Shown: piece by piece, positions 1-9,160 of the stretch
Layout: every line of letters starts with the position of its first letter
How positions within the stretch are numbered: the first letter of the stretch is position 1
Origin: a bacterium
Lineage (GTDB): Bacteria > Zhuqueibacterota > Zhuqueibacteria > Zhuqueibacterales > Zhuqueibacteraceae
DNA: 28,003 bases
NCBI GenBank assembly: GCA_044869275.1
Contig: JBIOXB010000025.1
Location: forward strand, 1-28,003
Direction: 5' to 3'
Translations under genes and position numbers: made by a program
Notes under the pieces: model-generated
What the model was told of the DNA's origin: nothing
What the model saw: the letters and a program-made list of their open reading frames with translations, nothing else
The model's database searches: none

Positions 1-105
1 GATGACGGAATCCAGCGTCGGCGTTTGCGCAGCTGCCGTCTCCCAAAAGATCAAGCCCGAGAAACTGAGCATCGCGCCAATTCTTTTTAAAGCAGAGACA
101 CTCAC
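1..105 (-). CDS. 5' end of a secreted protein, truncated by the window edge
   Basis: Manual translation from GTG at 105: MSVSALKRIGAMLSFSGLIFWETAAAQTPTLDSVI, a Sec-type signal peptide ending AAA/Q. AAGGA RBS at 115-111. Same strand as, and just downstream of, the barrel gene. Confidence 0.65.
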   Translation of the reverse strand, partial: MSVSALKRIGAMLSFSGLIFWETAAAQTPTLDSVI

Positions 106-162
106 GAACGTCCTTATCTTAGCCCAACCTCAAAAGATCACAAAACACATGTGTGTCATTCA

Positions 163-1362
163 TCAAAACCGCGCCATCATGGCAAGGGCAACGCCGTAAC
201 CGCGCAAATCGATTGCGCCGTTTTCCGCATTACCCACGGCATAGTCGCCGCCCAAATTGAGAATAAAATGCTCGGAAATCTTCACGGCCGTATTTAAGCC
301 CGAGCGCCAAATCTCAGCGCGGCTGAGTTGCTGATTGCTCGCGCCAAAATAGTTCCAGCCCAACTGTATACCGGCCTGCACGCGCCTGCTCCAATTGCGG
401 TTCAACACGAGCAGCGCCAAGGTACTGTTGTCGATATAAAAATTCTCCGGCGGTTTCACGTTGCCGGGCGCACCGAAAACTTCATTATCATCTTTCCAGA
501 CGTGCCGAAGGTTGAAACCCAGTTCCCAGGCGCGCGCAAAACGCCATTCCAAACCCAGAGAGGGCTCAAGCTGCCAGCCCTGCTTGAAAACTTTCTGGCG
601 GTTGAGCTCATCCTGCCCATAAAACTGCGCCAGTACATTCAAACGCCACGGCACGGTCGCGCCGAGATGATTCAACGTCGTGGTGAAAACATAACGCGCA
701 CCCGGTTTGTAAGTATCGGCCTGCTGTTCGCGGAATTCGAATTCGCCCGGCAAGATGCATGTGCCGCCGAACCCCAAGCCAAGTGTTTCGGACAAATTCA
801 AAGCATGCGCGAGAGAAAATTCGACATCCGTGCCCACGCCCATACGCTGCAATGGAAATCCTAAGATACTTTCCGTCAGCCGGTTGGCGACGAGGTTTTC
901 GTCAACCTCGAGCGTGCTGTTGCCCGTGGGCAAATTGACACCCGCGCCGATCATCCAGCGGTCGGCAAAGCGTTGCGAAAAACGCACCTGTGTGTCGGTC
1001 ACGCCATTCATCGCATAAGTTGCCGCCAGTGCAGCCTCGCTCCACGCTCCTGCCGTGAGAATCATTAAATGAGAATTGCGGCTGAGGGCAAAATCGAAGA
1101 CCGCAGGCGCGTAAGCTTGCGTGACGTTCTCAATGTGATCGGGGTACTCGAGCTGCCATGAAATGTGCGAAAACTGCTGCTGCAAGCCCACCATCCGCGT
1201 ACGATATTCAAAGCGCGGTTGGGGGAGCGCAGCACTCGACAGCAAAAGGAGCTCCAAGGCAAGACCCAAGTAGGCAAAACGTGCCCGGAGAGTATTGGGG
1301 TAAATGCTCGCCGGCCGCGGGGCTTCATGAGTTCCGGTATGTTTCAGGTCGACGCCATTCAT
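163..1362 (-). CDS. Putative outer-membrane beta-barrel protein
   Basis: 399 aa; hydrophobic signal-like segment near the N-terminus, alternating amphipathic strands, a GVNLPTG segment and C-terminal Phe. ATGA overlap with the upstream gene. Confidence 0.7.
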   Translation of the reverse strand: MNGVDLKHTGTHEAPRPASIYPNTLRARFAYLGLALELLLLSSAALPQPRFEYRTRMVGLQQQFSHISWQLEYPDHIENVTQAYAPAVFDFALSRNSHLMILTAGAWSEAALAATYAMNGVTDTQVRFSQRFADRWMIGAGVNLPTGNSTLEVDENLVANRLTESILGFPLQRMGVGTDVEFSLAHALNLSETLGLGFGGTCILPGEFEFREQQADTYKPGARYVFTTTLNHLGATVPWRLNVLAQFYGQDELNRQKVFKQGWQLEPSLGLEWRFARAWELGFNLRHVWKDDNEVFGAPGNVKPPENFYIDNSTLALLVLNRNWSRRVQAGIQLGWNYFGASNQQLSRAEIWRSGLNTAVKISEHFILNLGGDYAVGNAENGAIDLRGYGVALAMMARF

Positions 1363-2660
1363 TGCAGTTTTCCGGTCACGGTGATCGTGCCGGTGGAGAC
1401 CGGCGGAATCAAAGGCATCGACAAGGCCGCCGGACCCTGCAAGATCGCCGAGGTTGCTTCCAAATGCTGTTCCGCATTCGAAGGGGTCAAATCTTGAGTT
1501 TGCAAGATCATCAACTGCTCTTGCGAAACCACGGGCGCCGCCAATGCGCTCAATTCCTGCTGTGCCGCTTCGAAATCCGGATCGATTCTCAACGCTTCGG
1601 AGAAAAATTGGTGTGCCTGTGGAATCCTCAAGCTGTCGGCAAATTCGAGACCGCGGCAGAACGCTACGAACGCCAGCGTGCTTTCGGTCGGGAGTCTTTG
1701 AATGGCTGCTCTTTCCGTTTCGCTCAAACGCACGCCGAGCTGATCGAGCAGTGAAAAGGCCAGTTGTTTTTCGAGCTGCAACACTTCGCTGAGACGTCCG
1801 GTCACGCGCACCGGTTTGGCGATGGCCGCGCTGGTGGAAGACTGAATCACGCCGGCGTCCAATTGGAGATTCGAAGTGCCCGTGGCCGTCGCGCCGCCAA
1901 TAATGACGCGATCGGCCCCCAAAATCCGGCCCGCGCGCGGCGCCGTGAGCTGGTCATACATATCCGAGCTCGACAGGGCGATTTCCTGCATCAGAACCTC
2001 CAGCTTCGCGCGTTCGACCAAGCGCAGGCCACGCACTTTGCCGAGATCGGTGATGAGAATCGAGGTCAAGCCCTTGAGCAGCGTGTTCCATTCGCGGCGC
2101 TCGGAAACATTGCGGAAATAAAGCACGGCCACGGTATTGGTTTGCACCGGCGCGGGCGTGCGAGCTTTTTCCAATTGCAGCGCTTGTTGTACTTCCTGCT
2201 CCGCCAATTGCAAGGAGAGCCGTGAAATGCGCGCTTGCAACTGCTGATTCATGGGATCGAAAAACGAATGTTTGCGATATTCGCCATAAACCGCAATCGC
2301 CTCGGCATAATTCCCTTTCTGCTCGTGGCACATGCCGAGAAAGAACAGCGTGCGGCCGTCGTTGGGCTGCAGCCGGCGTGCGCGCTCAAGCGCCGAGACC
2401 GCCTGGTCGAGCTGCCGCGTTTGAAAATACGCCACACCCAGCTCGCGAAAACGCTCGTAATCGTGCGGCGCATGCAAGGCGGCTTGAGAAAGCTCGCTGA
2501 TCGCGCGCGGGTATTCACCGCGGCCCAAAGCACTCTGGCCCTTGCGGAAATGCGCTTCGCCACACGCGGACAAGCAGGATATGATGGCGCTGAGAAGAAG
2601 CAGAACAGCAAAGCGAAAGGTCTTCATGAAATGCATTCCGAGGTTCACGCTCAGGCTCAA
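1359..2660 (-). CDS. TPR-repeat lipoprotein with CsgG/FlgO/TolB-N-like domain
   Basis: Lipobox LSAC; TPR repeats (ELGVAYFQ..., FFLGMCHEQKG...); VAVLYFRN...LRLVER...GRILGADRVIIG domain; C-terminal TPR. The start may instead be ATG 2636 or 2627. Confidence 0.8.
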   Translation of the reverse strand: MSLSVNLGMHFMKTFRFAVLLLLSAIISCLSACGEAHFRKGQSALGRGEYPRAISELSQAALHAPHDYERFRELGVAYFQTRQLDQAVSALERARRLQPNDGRTLFFLGMCHEQKGNYAEAIAVYGEYRKHSFFDPMNQQLQARISRLSLQLAEQEVQQALQLEKARTPAPVQTNTVAVLYFRNVSERREWNTLLKGLTSILITDLGKVRGLRLVERAKLEVLMQEIALSSSDMYDQLTAPRAGRILGADRVIIGGATATGTSNLQLDAGVIQSSTSAAIAKPVRVTGRLSEVLQLEKQLAFSLLDQLGVRLSETERAAIQRLPTESTLAFVAFCRGLEFADSLRIPQAHQFFSEALRIDPDFEAAQQELSALAAPVVSQEQLMILQTQDLTPSNAEQHLEATSAILQGPAALSMPLIPPVSTGTITVTGKLQ

Positions 2661-3682
2661 CTCTTCTGAAAGGTCTCCAGCAATGTCAGTTTGTTGCGCG
2701 CCATGCGGAAAGCCGGGGCAATGCTCAACGCCCTGTTCAACATCTTGCGCGCCTCGGGATAACGTTCCTGATCGAGCATGTTCAGCGCCTCGGAATAGGC
2801 CATCGCCGCTTCCAATGGAATCTCTTCCTTGCGCACGCGCTCAAAACTTTCTTCCTCGGCCTTGTTGAGGGCCACTTCCAAATCTTCGCTGATTTTGATG
2901 GCGAGTTTTTTCGAGAGTTCAAAAATCTCGTCGGGTTTGCCTTCGACCGACCCGGTTTTGATGATCTCGCTGGTTTCGGTTTTGACCAGACGCGTGTCCA
3001 GGCGCAATTTGTTGCCGAATTTCATGTAGCTGCCGATTAGCATGGATTGCGCGCCGAGCAGCTTGCCAATGCGCACGGCAAACTCCGGATCGGCCAGTCT
3101 TTGCCCGTTGACGGTGGCATCGCTGCGCTGGATTTCATCCAAAATGAATTGAATGCGCTCGCGCTCGACCACTTTGAGCTTGGTCAGCGTCCCCAGATCG
3201 GAAATCAGAATATCCGCCAGGCCCTTGCCGAGATTCGCGAGTTTGTCGGCATCCTCCAGCGCATTATTGTCAAAATCCAGAATGGCGATGGTTTTGATGG
3301 TGCTCGAAGGCGCCAGCGCGAAATTGCCCACCACTTGTTTGCGCGCATTCAGCCAGGCGCGCATCACCGCGGGATGGCTGAGATAATTGTCGCGCGGCTC
3401 GTAAGCGGAATCGACCTGCAAAATTTGCGCGAAGCTGTTTTGCACCCGATCCTCGCGTTGCTTGGCCACGTTGCAGTAGGCCAGCACTTCAAGGGCTTCC
3501 ACGCGGTCTTGTTGCGACAGCGTCGAGGTCGCCACCAGCCGCTCAAGCAACCCGACCGCATCGTCTATGCGGCCGTCGCGGAACATGGTTTTGGCCTTTT
3601 CCAATTCGAGATTGTCAGCCGCCAGCAGGGGCAGCGCAAGGGCGAACAAAGCTCCCATGAACTTAACGATGGTGCGTTTCAT
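2657..3682 (-). CDS. Secreted TPR protein with CsgG/FlgO/TolB-N-like domain
   Basis: Signal peptide MKRTIVKF...LLA; IAILDFDN...LKVVERERI...IGKLLGAQSMLIGS; TPR helices at both ends. AAGGAG RBS at 3696-3691 supports ATG 3682. Confidence 0.8.
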   Translation of the reverse strand: MKRTIVKFMGALFALALPLLAADNLELEKAKTMFRDGRIDDAVGLLERLVATSTLSQQDRVEALEVLAYCNVAKQREDRVQNSFAQILQVDSAYEPRDNYLSHPAVMRAWLNARKQVVGNFALAPSSTIKTIAILDFDNNALEDADKLANLGKGLADILISDLGTLTKLKVVERERIQFILDEIQRSDATVNGQRLADPEFAVRIGKLLGAQSMLIGSYMKFGNKLRLDTRLVKTETSEIIKTGSVEGKPDEIFELSKKLAIKISEDLEVALNKAEEESFERVRKEEIPLEAAMAYSEALNMLDQERYPEARKMLNRALSIAPAFRMARNKLTLLETFQKS

Positions 3683-3966
3683 GGCTGGCACTCCTTACAA
3701 AAATGTACTGTCGCGATGCAGTTGCAATTTTTTGAGACATCAACGAATGTTCACATCTGTTGCGGAATCTTAACTCACGTCTTTGTAATTTAAGCACAAA
3801 GAGCAGGCGGGAGATTCCTTCTTACTGTTTCAAGTTGATAAAAAGCAAGGGGTATGCCAGGTGGAGTTTTAGCGTCATGTGGCTGGGGAGAAACTGGTGA
3901 GGGGGATCGCACCTCTGGGTTAGCATCAGCAGAATTGAAGTTACCTGTCTATTTGCCTCAGCGATT

Positions 3967-4642
3967 TTATTCTTGCCAAACCGCAAGTATCTGATCGACC
4001 TCGGGTTTGACCAGCTCGCGAGCATCGGAACGCTCGTAACCACGAGAGAGCAGATCGTCGTATCGAGTGTGGCAATGGCGAATGTGGGCGCGCACGGCGA
4101 GCGTGATCGCCTGGTATTCAAACTCCTTTGCCGCCGCACTGCGGCCCACACGGCCGCTGTGCTTGAGGCACGCATGCCCGGCGATTTTCTCCGCGGTTTC
4201 CGCCGGGCAACCTGGAAAGAATTGGAGTATGTGCTGCGCGAAAGTGGCGATGAATTCCTGATCCAACACCTCCCGCCGTTCTGCTTCCCGCGCCCGACGT
4301 CTTTGGCGAACGTCCTCATCCGCCAGGCACTCCTCCTCCGCTTTCTGCAAAGCTTCAGTTTCGACGAGAGTCCCTTGCCGCTCATAGCGTTTGCGCGTTC
4401 GGCTCCACTCCAAAACTTTGGCGTGAAGGCGTGAGTGTTTGGTGGCGCGCCGGGTCAGGGCCGCATCACCCGAGGGTAGAAACTCTAGACGATCCAAATC
4501 GGCGCAAGACAGGCACAACGCCCCTTTTCTTCCAGTGTGATGAAACTGCCGTGCCAGAGCTCTTCGCCGCACTCGGCACATCGTGTGTATCGCGCCGGAC
4601 GATGAAGGCCAGCAGTTCTTTGGGTTTTTCAACAGGAGACAT
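3967..4642 (-). pseudogene. DUF2293-family gene with two apparent frameshifts in its 5' part (pseudogene or assembly error)
   Basis: The C-terminal GRVGRS...AVRAHIRHCHTRYDDLL is typical of DUF2293. The N-terminus is split over three frames: MSPVEKPKELLAFIVRRDT / RCAECGEELWHGSFITLEEKG / ALCLSCADLDRLEFLPSGD. Confidence 0.7.
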
Positions 4643-4667
4643 AGCGTGGATTATTCATAACGAATAT

Positions 4668-4794
4668 ACCGCGAAGGCACAAAGCCACGAAGAGCGCAGA
4701 CTTGGCAAGCTTTGATGCTATTTTGACCACGGATGCCACGGATGAGGCTGATTTTCGCGGATTTAAGTTCTACTGTGGCTTTGAATTGGTCAAA
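4668..4794. repeat. REP-like short periodic repeats with overlapping inverted repeats
   Basis: CGCGAAGG-CACAAAGC-CACGAAG and CCACGGATG-CCACGGATG...CGCGGAT units. Inverted repeats CAAAGCCAC (4680-4688)/GTGGCTTTG (4775-4783) and TTTGACCA (4722-4729)/TGGTCAAA (4787-4794). Confidence 0.5.
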
Positions 4795-4850
4795 TTAATT
4801 TTGGCGGTCAAGCAGTCATTGCAGAATCTTGGTGAAGATGAGCACGGTGC

Positions 4851-6740
4851 TTACTGCCCCCTCTTTTGCAGCACAATCGGCGGCACCCGGGGCTGATCGC
4901 CGCCGCGCACGATGATTCTCGGCGGCGGGTCACGCATGACGTAGCCGGTCTTTTTCACGATCACGGTATATTCGCCCACGGGTACGGGCCATTCCGACCC
5001 ATCGGAAAGCTGCTCGGTCCCCATGCTATCCAGAAACACAGCGCCGAAAACTGGATCGTCATGTTCATCGAATGCCTGCACGCGAATACTGCCAAACCAT
5101 TTGAAGTCGAGGCGATTATCTGTGCTGGCGTTGACGATCACTTCGCGCGTGACCGGCGTATAGGATTCCAATCGAAACTGCACGCGATGTTTGCCCGGCT
5201 TGACTTCCATCTGCAGGCGGGCGTGCGCAGACCCGCCTTGCCGGACGCCATCAACAATTATTTCACACGCAGGTTCAGAAGTAATGATAAACGGTACGGC
5301 CGTCACCGCGGCAGCAGCGGTGGGCGGTCTTTGTGGTTTTTCAGAAGAAACGAGCGGCAATAATTCCGCCGAAATCTCTTCGGTCTCCAGGCTGTCGATC
5401 TGAATCGTCGCTTGCCAAGGCTGATAGCCGGGATGATTCAATTGAACCTGATACTTGCCCACCGTGAGGCTGTCAAATCTCGTGGGGGAAAAATAGCCTT
5501 GTTTGCGGCCATTCAACCAAATCTCCGCGCCTGGTGGCTTGGTGGCAATTGCCAAAGCGCCGCTTGCCGGTTTGCCATTTTTTTCAACCGCCACTGCCGG
5601 TAGAGGAGCCGTCTTTTGTTGAGGAAGCTGGGCAGGTTCGGCGTGCGGCTCGTCCTTCAAAAAATAATAGGCCATCGCAATGGCAAGGGCGATCGCGCTG
5701 GCGCCTACAAAAGCATAGGTGGGCAGCATCGAACTGCGCCGAGGCAAAGGCGGAGCCGCTTCGACTTTATTCCCGGCCTTTTTCTTTTCGGTGGCGGGCG
5801 CCGAAGCAGCGGTTGCGCCGGGCAGGCGAGAGGAAGCAGATTCACGTTTGCGTTCGAACGGAATGGTGGGCTGCGAATAGATGTTGACTTGCGGCTGGCG
5901 CAACTGCAGGGGCAACCTCTCCAGCGCGGCGACCAGTTCCACGGCGGCGGGAAAACGCTGCTGCGGATCTTTCTGTAGCAGCTTGAGAATCAGCGCTTCC
6001 AACTCCTCCGGCAAATCGGGGTTCAAATGTCGCGGCGCGGGCGGCGCTTCGTTGACATGCTGGTGGCACACCGCCATGATTTCGCCCTTGAACGGTGGTG
6101 TGCCGGCGGCGCATTCGTACAGCAAAACGCCGAGCGCGTACAAATCCGCGCGCCCATCCACCGCGGCGCCGCGAATTTGCTCGGGCGACATATAGATCGG
6201 CGTGCCCATCACCAAATTGCCCTGGGTCAAGCGGGTGATCTGCTCGCCGCGCACCAAACCGAAATCCGAAAGAATGGCATGATGACTTTGGTCGAGCATC
6301 ACGTTTTCGGGCTTGAGGTCGCGGTGCACGAAATTTTTCACCGTGCTTTGGGCGTAAGCCAGCGCCGCCGCGAGCTGCCGCGCGATTTGCAAAACCACTT
6401 CCACCGGCAAAGCCCGGCCAGGGTGCAACAGGCTGCGCAGCGTACGCGGCAGAAAATTCATCACGTAGTAATGCAGCTCTTCTTCCTGGCCGTGATCGAA
6501 AATCTTGATGATGTGGGGATGATCGAAGCGCGCAATGGTTTCGGCTTCACGGTGGAAACGCTTGACCAATTCCTCGTCGGTGGAGGCGTGCTCGTTCAAA
6601 ATTTTAATCGCGACGTCGCGTTGCAAAGTGATTTGCCGCGCACGATACACTTCTGCAAACGAGCCTTTGCCGAACAACTCGCGGATTTCATAGCGGCCGC
6701 CGCCCAGCACACGGCCAATGAGGGATGTCTTTCTCGCCAC
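4851..6740 (-). CDS. Hanks-type Ser/Thr protein kinase with one TM helix and extracytoplasmic PEGA domains
   Basis: GKGSFAEV, VAIK, HRDLKPEN, DFG and GTPIYMSPEQ motifs; TM segment YAFVGASAIALAIAMAYYFL; PEGA-like repeats (TKPPGAEIWLNG, SEPACEIIVDG, a third divergent). Confidence 0.92.
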   Translation of the reverse strand: MARKTSLIGRVLGGGRYEIRELFGKGSFAEVYRARQITLQRDVAIKILNEHASTDEELVKRFHREAETIARFDHPHIIKIFDHGQEEELHYYVMNFLPRTLRSLLHPGRALPVEVVLQIARQLAAALAYAQSTVKNFVHRDLKPENVMLDQSHHAILSDFGLVRGEQITRLTQGNLVMGTPIYMSPEQIRGAAVDGRADLYALGVLLYECAAGTPPFKGEIMAVCHQHVNEAPPAPRHLNPDLPEELEALILKLLQKDPQQRFPAAVELVAALERLPLQLRQPQVNIYSQPTIPFERKRESASSRLPGATAASAPATEKKKAGNKVEAAPPLPRRSSMLPTYAFVGASAIALAIAMAYYFLKDEPHAEPAQLPQQKTAPLPAVAVEKNGKPASGALAIATKPPGAEIWLNGRKQGYFSPTRFDSLTVGKYQVQLNHPGYQPWQATIQIDSLETEEISAELLPLVSSEKPQRPPTAAAAVTAVPFIITSEPACEIIVDGVRQGGSAHARLQMEVKPGKHRVQFRLESYTPVTREVIVNASTDNRLDFKWFGSIRVQAFDEHDDPVFGAVFLDSMGTEQLSDGSEWPVPVGEYTVIVKKTGYVMRDPPPRIIVRGGDQPRVPPIVLQKRGQ

Positions 6741-6809
6741 TCCAATGACTCGAAACTATTAAGGGAAATACTATTGGGGTCAACGCTCAAGCAATAAAAC
6801 TCTGAAGTC

Positions 6810-6864
6810 ATTGCCCGCGAAACGCGAACAACTTTTCGTTTGTTCCGTGCATTTCGCGGGCAAT
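6810..6864. repeat. Strong palindrome (REP-like or terminator-like hairpin)
   Basis: Perfect 13-bp arms ATTGCCCGCGAAA (6810-6822)/TTTCGCGGGCAAT (6852-6864), with an inner GAACAA/TTGTTC pair; downstream of the small barrel gene. Confidence 0.7.
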
Positions 6865-6922
6865 AACTTTCAGTCCTGCCGCAGAGGGATTCTGGGTTTG
6901 GTGATTGGGTCGCCTGATCGGT

Positions 6923-7387
6923 TCAGAAACGCAGCCCCACGGACAACACAAACTGGTCGTCGCCGTTCACAATGTATTTGGCCTGCACGTAGGGCTTGAG
7001 CACAATCGCATTCATGCCAAAGCCGGCGTAGAGATTTGCGCCGCTCGAGGTTTTCGAATCGCTGCCTTCAGGCTTGGCATGAACTCTCGCCAGCCCGCCG
7101 CCCACCCAGAGCGAGGTCACCGCCAACGAGAGCACGTTGATTTGGCCGTCAAGATTGAGCGTGTAATAACTGCCATTGTTGACGAAGACGTATTCCGCGT
7201 TGGGAACGAAAGTCAAAAACGGCACGCCAATGCGCAGTCCTGCGCCCAGAAAGAAATCATCGTTTTGGCTGTAGAATCCGGCACGCGCTTCGGGTCCGAA
7301 GCCCACTTGCGCATGGGAATCATGGGGGCCAAAAACTACTGCAAGCGTGAAGAGTGCAAGGGCGACTGTTACAACATTCTTCCTCAT
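6923..7387 (-). CDS. Small outer-membrane beta-barrel protein (about 8 strands)
   Basis: Signal peptide MRKNVVTVALAL...SHA/Q; amphipathic strands; ends SVGLRF; GGAGAG RBS before ATG 7387. Confidence 0.8.
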   Translation of the reverse strand: MRKNVVTVALALFTLAVVFGPHDSHAQVGFGPEARAGFYSQNDDFFLGAGLRIGVPFLTFVPNAEYVFVNNGSYYTLNLDGQINVLSLAVTSLWVGGGLARVHAKPEGSDSKTSSGANLYAGFGMNAIVLKPYVQAKYIVNGDDQFVLSVGLRF

Positions 7388-7471
7388 GGGTTCTCTCCGT
7401 GTTTTCTTGAGGTCATTACATGCGCATGCCAGTTTTTGACCGACGGCATCCGCAGTTTTTGCACAAGACAT

Positions 7472-7499
7472 AAATAGTGAAATCTTTACAAAAAAGCAA
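7472..7499 (-). promoter_or_regulatory. Putative sigma70-type promoter for the small barrel gene
   Basis: Minus-strand TTGCTT-N17-TATTTA; weak match, read by eye. Confidence 0.3.
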
Positions 7500-7510
7500 A
7501 GAATCTTCAT

Positions 7511-8962
7511 CTACCCGCGTTTGCTTTGGGCGCGTTCATATACCTCCATATATTGCCGCGCGGAGTTTTTCCATGAAAAATCGGCGCGCATGCCGCGAAG
7601 CATGATTTCCTGCCAAACTTCTTTTTGTGGAAAAAGATTCGAAGCACGCTGGAGCGAACTCCACAACGCGTATGGCGTGAAATCATTGAAAGAAAAACCG
7701 TTGCCCTCGTCGTGAGCTTGGTAATAATCATGCACCGTGTCCGCCAAGCCGCCGGTGTGCCGCACCACGGGCACGGTGCCGTAGTTCAAACTGTACATTT
7801 GATTCAAGCCGCAAGGCTCGTAACGCGAAGGCATGACGAACATGTCACAACCCGCGGTGATCCAATGCGCCAGCTCGTTGTTGAAGCCGGTATAAACCGC
7901 GACTTTTTCCGGATAAGTTTGCGCTGCCCAGCGCAGAAAGTCTTCGTATTTTTGCGCACCGCTGCCCAAAACCAGAAACTGAATCGGCCATTGCATGATT
8001 TCGCTGAACGCAGAGGCCACGAGCTCCAGGCCTTTTTGCTCGGTCAAGCGCGTGATCATGCCGAAAGTGGGGATACTCTCATCGAAAGGCAACTGGGCGT
8101 GCGCCAACAACGCTTGCTTGTTTGTGACCTTGGCGGTGAAGTCTTTTTCATCATAGGGATGTGAAATGAAGCGATCGGTGCGCGGGCTCCATTCTTGCGT
8201 GTCAATGCCGTTCAGGATGCCGACGAGATCGTGCGCGCGAAGTCGCAAAGCGGTTTCCATACCCGCGCCATAGGCTTCCGTTTGAATTTCCTGCGCGTAA
8301 GTCGGGCTCACCGTCGTGATCATGTCCGCATACATCAAGCCCGACTTGAGAAAGGAAAAAGAGCCATAAAACTCATACGGCCCGCCGAGATGATATTTGT
8401 CCTGCGACAAGCCGGCGTAATCCAGCAGTTCCCTCCCGAAGCGGCCTTGATAGCCGACGTTGTGAATCGACAGCACACTCGCGGTTTTCTGGAACAAGCT
8501 GTCCCAATTGTATTTCTCTCTCAAGAAAACCGGCATGAGCGCCGTTTGCCAGTCGTTGCAGTGCACGACCTCCGGCGCCCAATGATAGCGTTGCATGATC
8601 AGAAACGCGGCGTCCTGCAGCAAAATGAAGCGCTCGCCTTCATCGGCGTCGCTCGTATAGACTTGGCCGCGATGATAATACTGCGGGCAATCGATGAAAT
8701 AGTATTCGACGCCGGAATCGGCGCGCTTGTACCACACGTTAACCGTGAGGGTTTTCCAGCCGACGCGCATTTGCGTGTTATGAAACTCGGGCGCGAAAGC
8801 CAGATCGTGATCCAGCACACGAATCGAGTTATACAGCGGGAGAAAGACTTTCACTTCGCAGCCGGCGGCAGCCAGCGCACCGGGCAACGCGCCGCTCACA
8901 TCCGCCAATCCCCCGGTTTTGACAAATGGCACACATTCACTGGTGGCAAAGCAGACTCTCAT
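7511..8962 (-). CDS. glgA: Glycogen synthase (ADP-glucose, GT5)
   Basis: SECVPFVKTGGLADV, HCNDWQT, SIHNVGYQG, GILNGID, PSRYEPCGLNQM and TGGLADTV motifs. Confidence 0.96.
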   Translation of the reverse strand: MRVCFATSECVPFVKTGGLADVSGALPGALAAAGCEVKVFLPLYNSIRVLDHDLAFAPEFHNTQMRVGWKTLTVNVWYKRADSGVEYYFIDCPQYYHRGQVYTSDADEGERFILLQDAAFLIMQRYHWAPEVVHCNDWQTALMPVFLREKYNWDSLFQKTASVLSIHNVGYQGRFGRELLDYAGLSQDKYHLGGPYEFYGSFSFLKSGLMYADMITTVSPTYAQEIQTEAYGAGMETALRLRAHDLVGILNGIDTQEWSPRTDRFISHPYDEKDFTAKVTNKQALLAHAQLPFDESIPTFGMITRLTEQKGLELVASAFSEIMQWPIQFLVLGSGAQKYEDFLRWAAQTYPEKVAVYTGFNNELAHWITAGCDMFVMPSRYEPCGLNQMYSLNYGTVPVVRHTGGLADTVHDYYQAHDEGNGFSFNDFTPYALWSSLQRASNLFPQKEVWQEIMLRGMRADFSWKNSARQYMEVYERAQSKRG

Positions 8963-9112
8963 GCTGGAGTTCCTTCGAAGAGGTTTTGGGATGCCATGCA
9001 AGAGGAATTCTTTTGTGCAAAACCGCCGGGAGCAAGCGCCAAAACAAATGAGGCAGATGGTCTTGGTCGCTCAAAAAAAGCTTGCAAATCCGCTGCGTGC
9101 AGGCTAAACTTT

Positions 9113-9136
9113 GCCATTCTGCCGCCAGGAATGGCA
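9113..9136 (-). terminator. Hairpin after the methyltransferase gene, possible terminator
   Basis: GCCATTC...GAATGGC stem about 25 nt past the stop codon; no clear U-tract. Confidence 0.3.
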
Positions 9137-9160
9137 GCTGGCAGCACGGGCGTATGGCGG

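Noticed and set aside
1359..3682. Curli secretion operon (csgG)
   Set aside because: No csgA/B/E/F-like genes are visible, and the TPR fusions differ from canonical CsgG.
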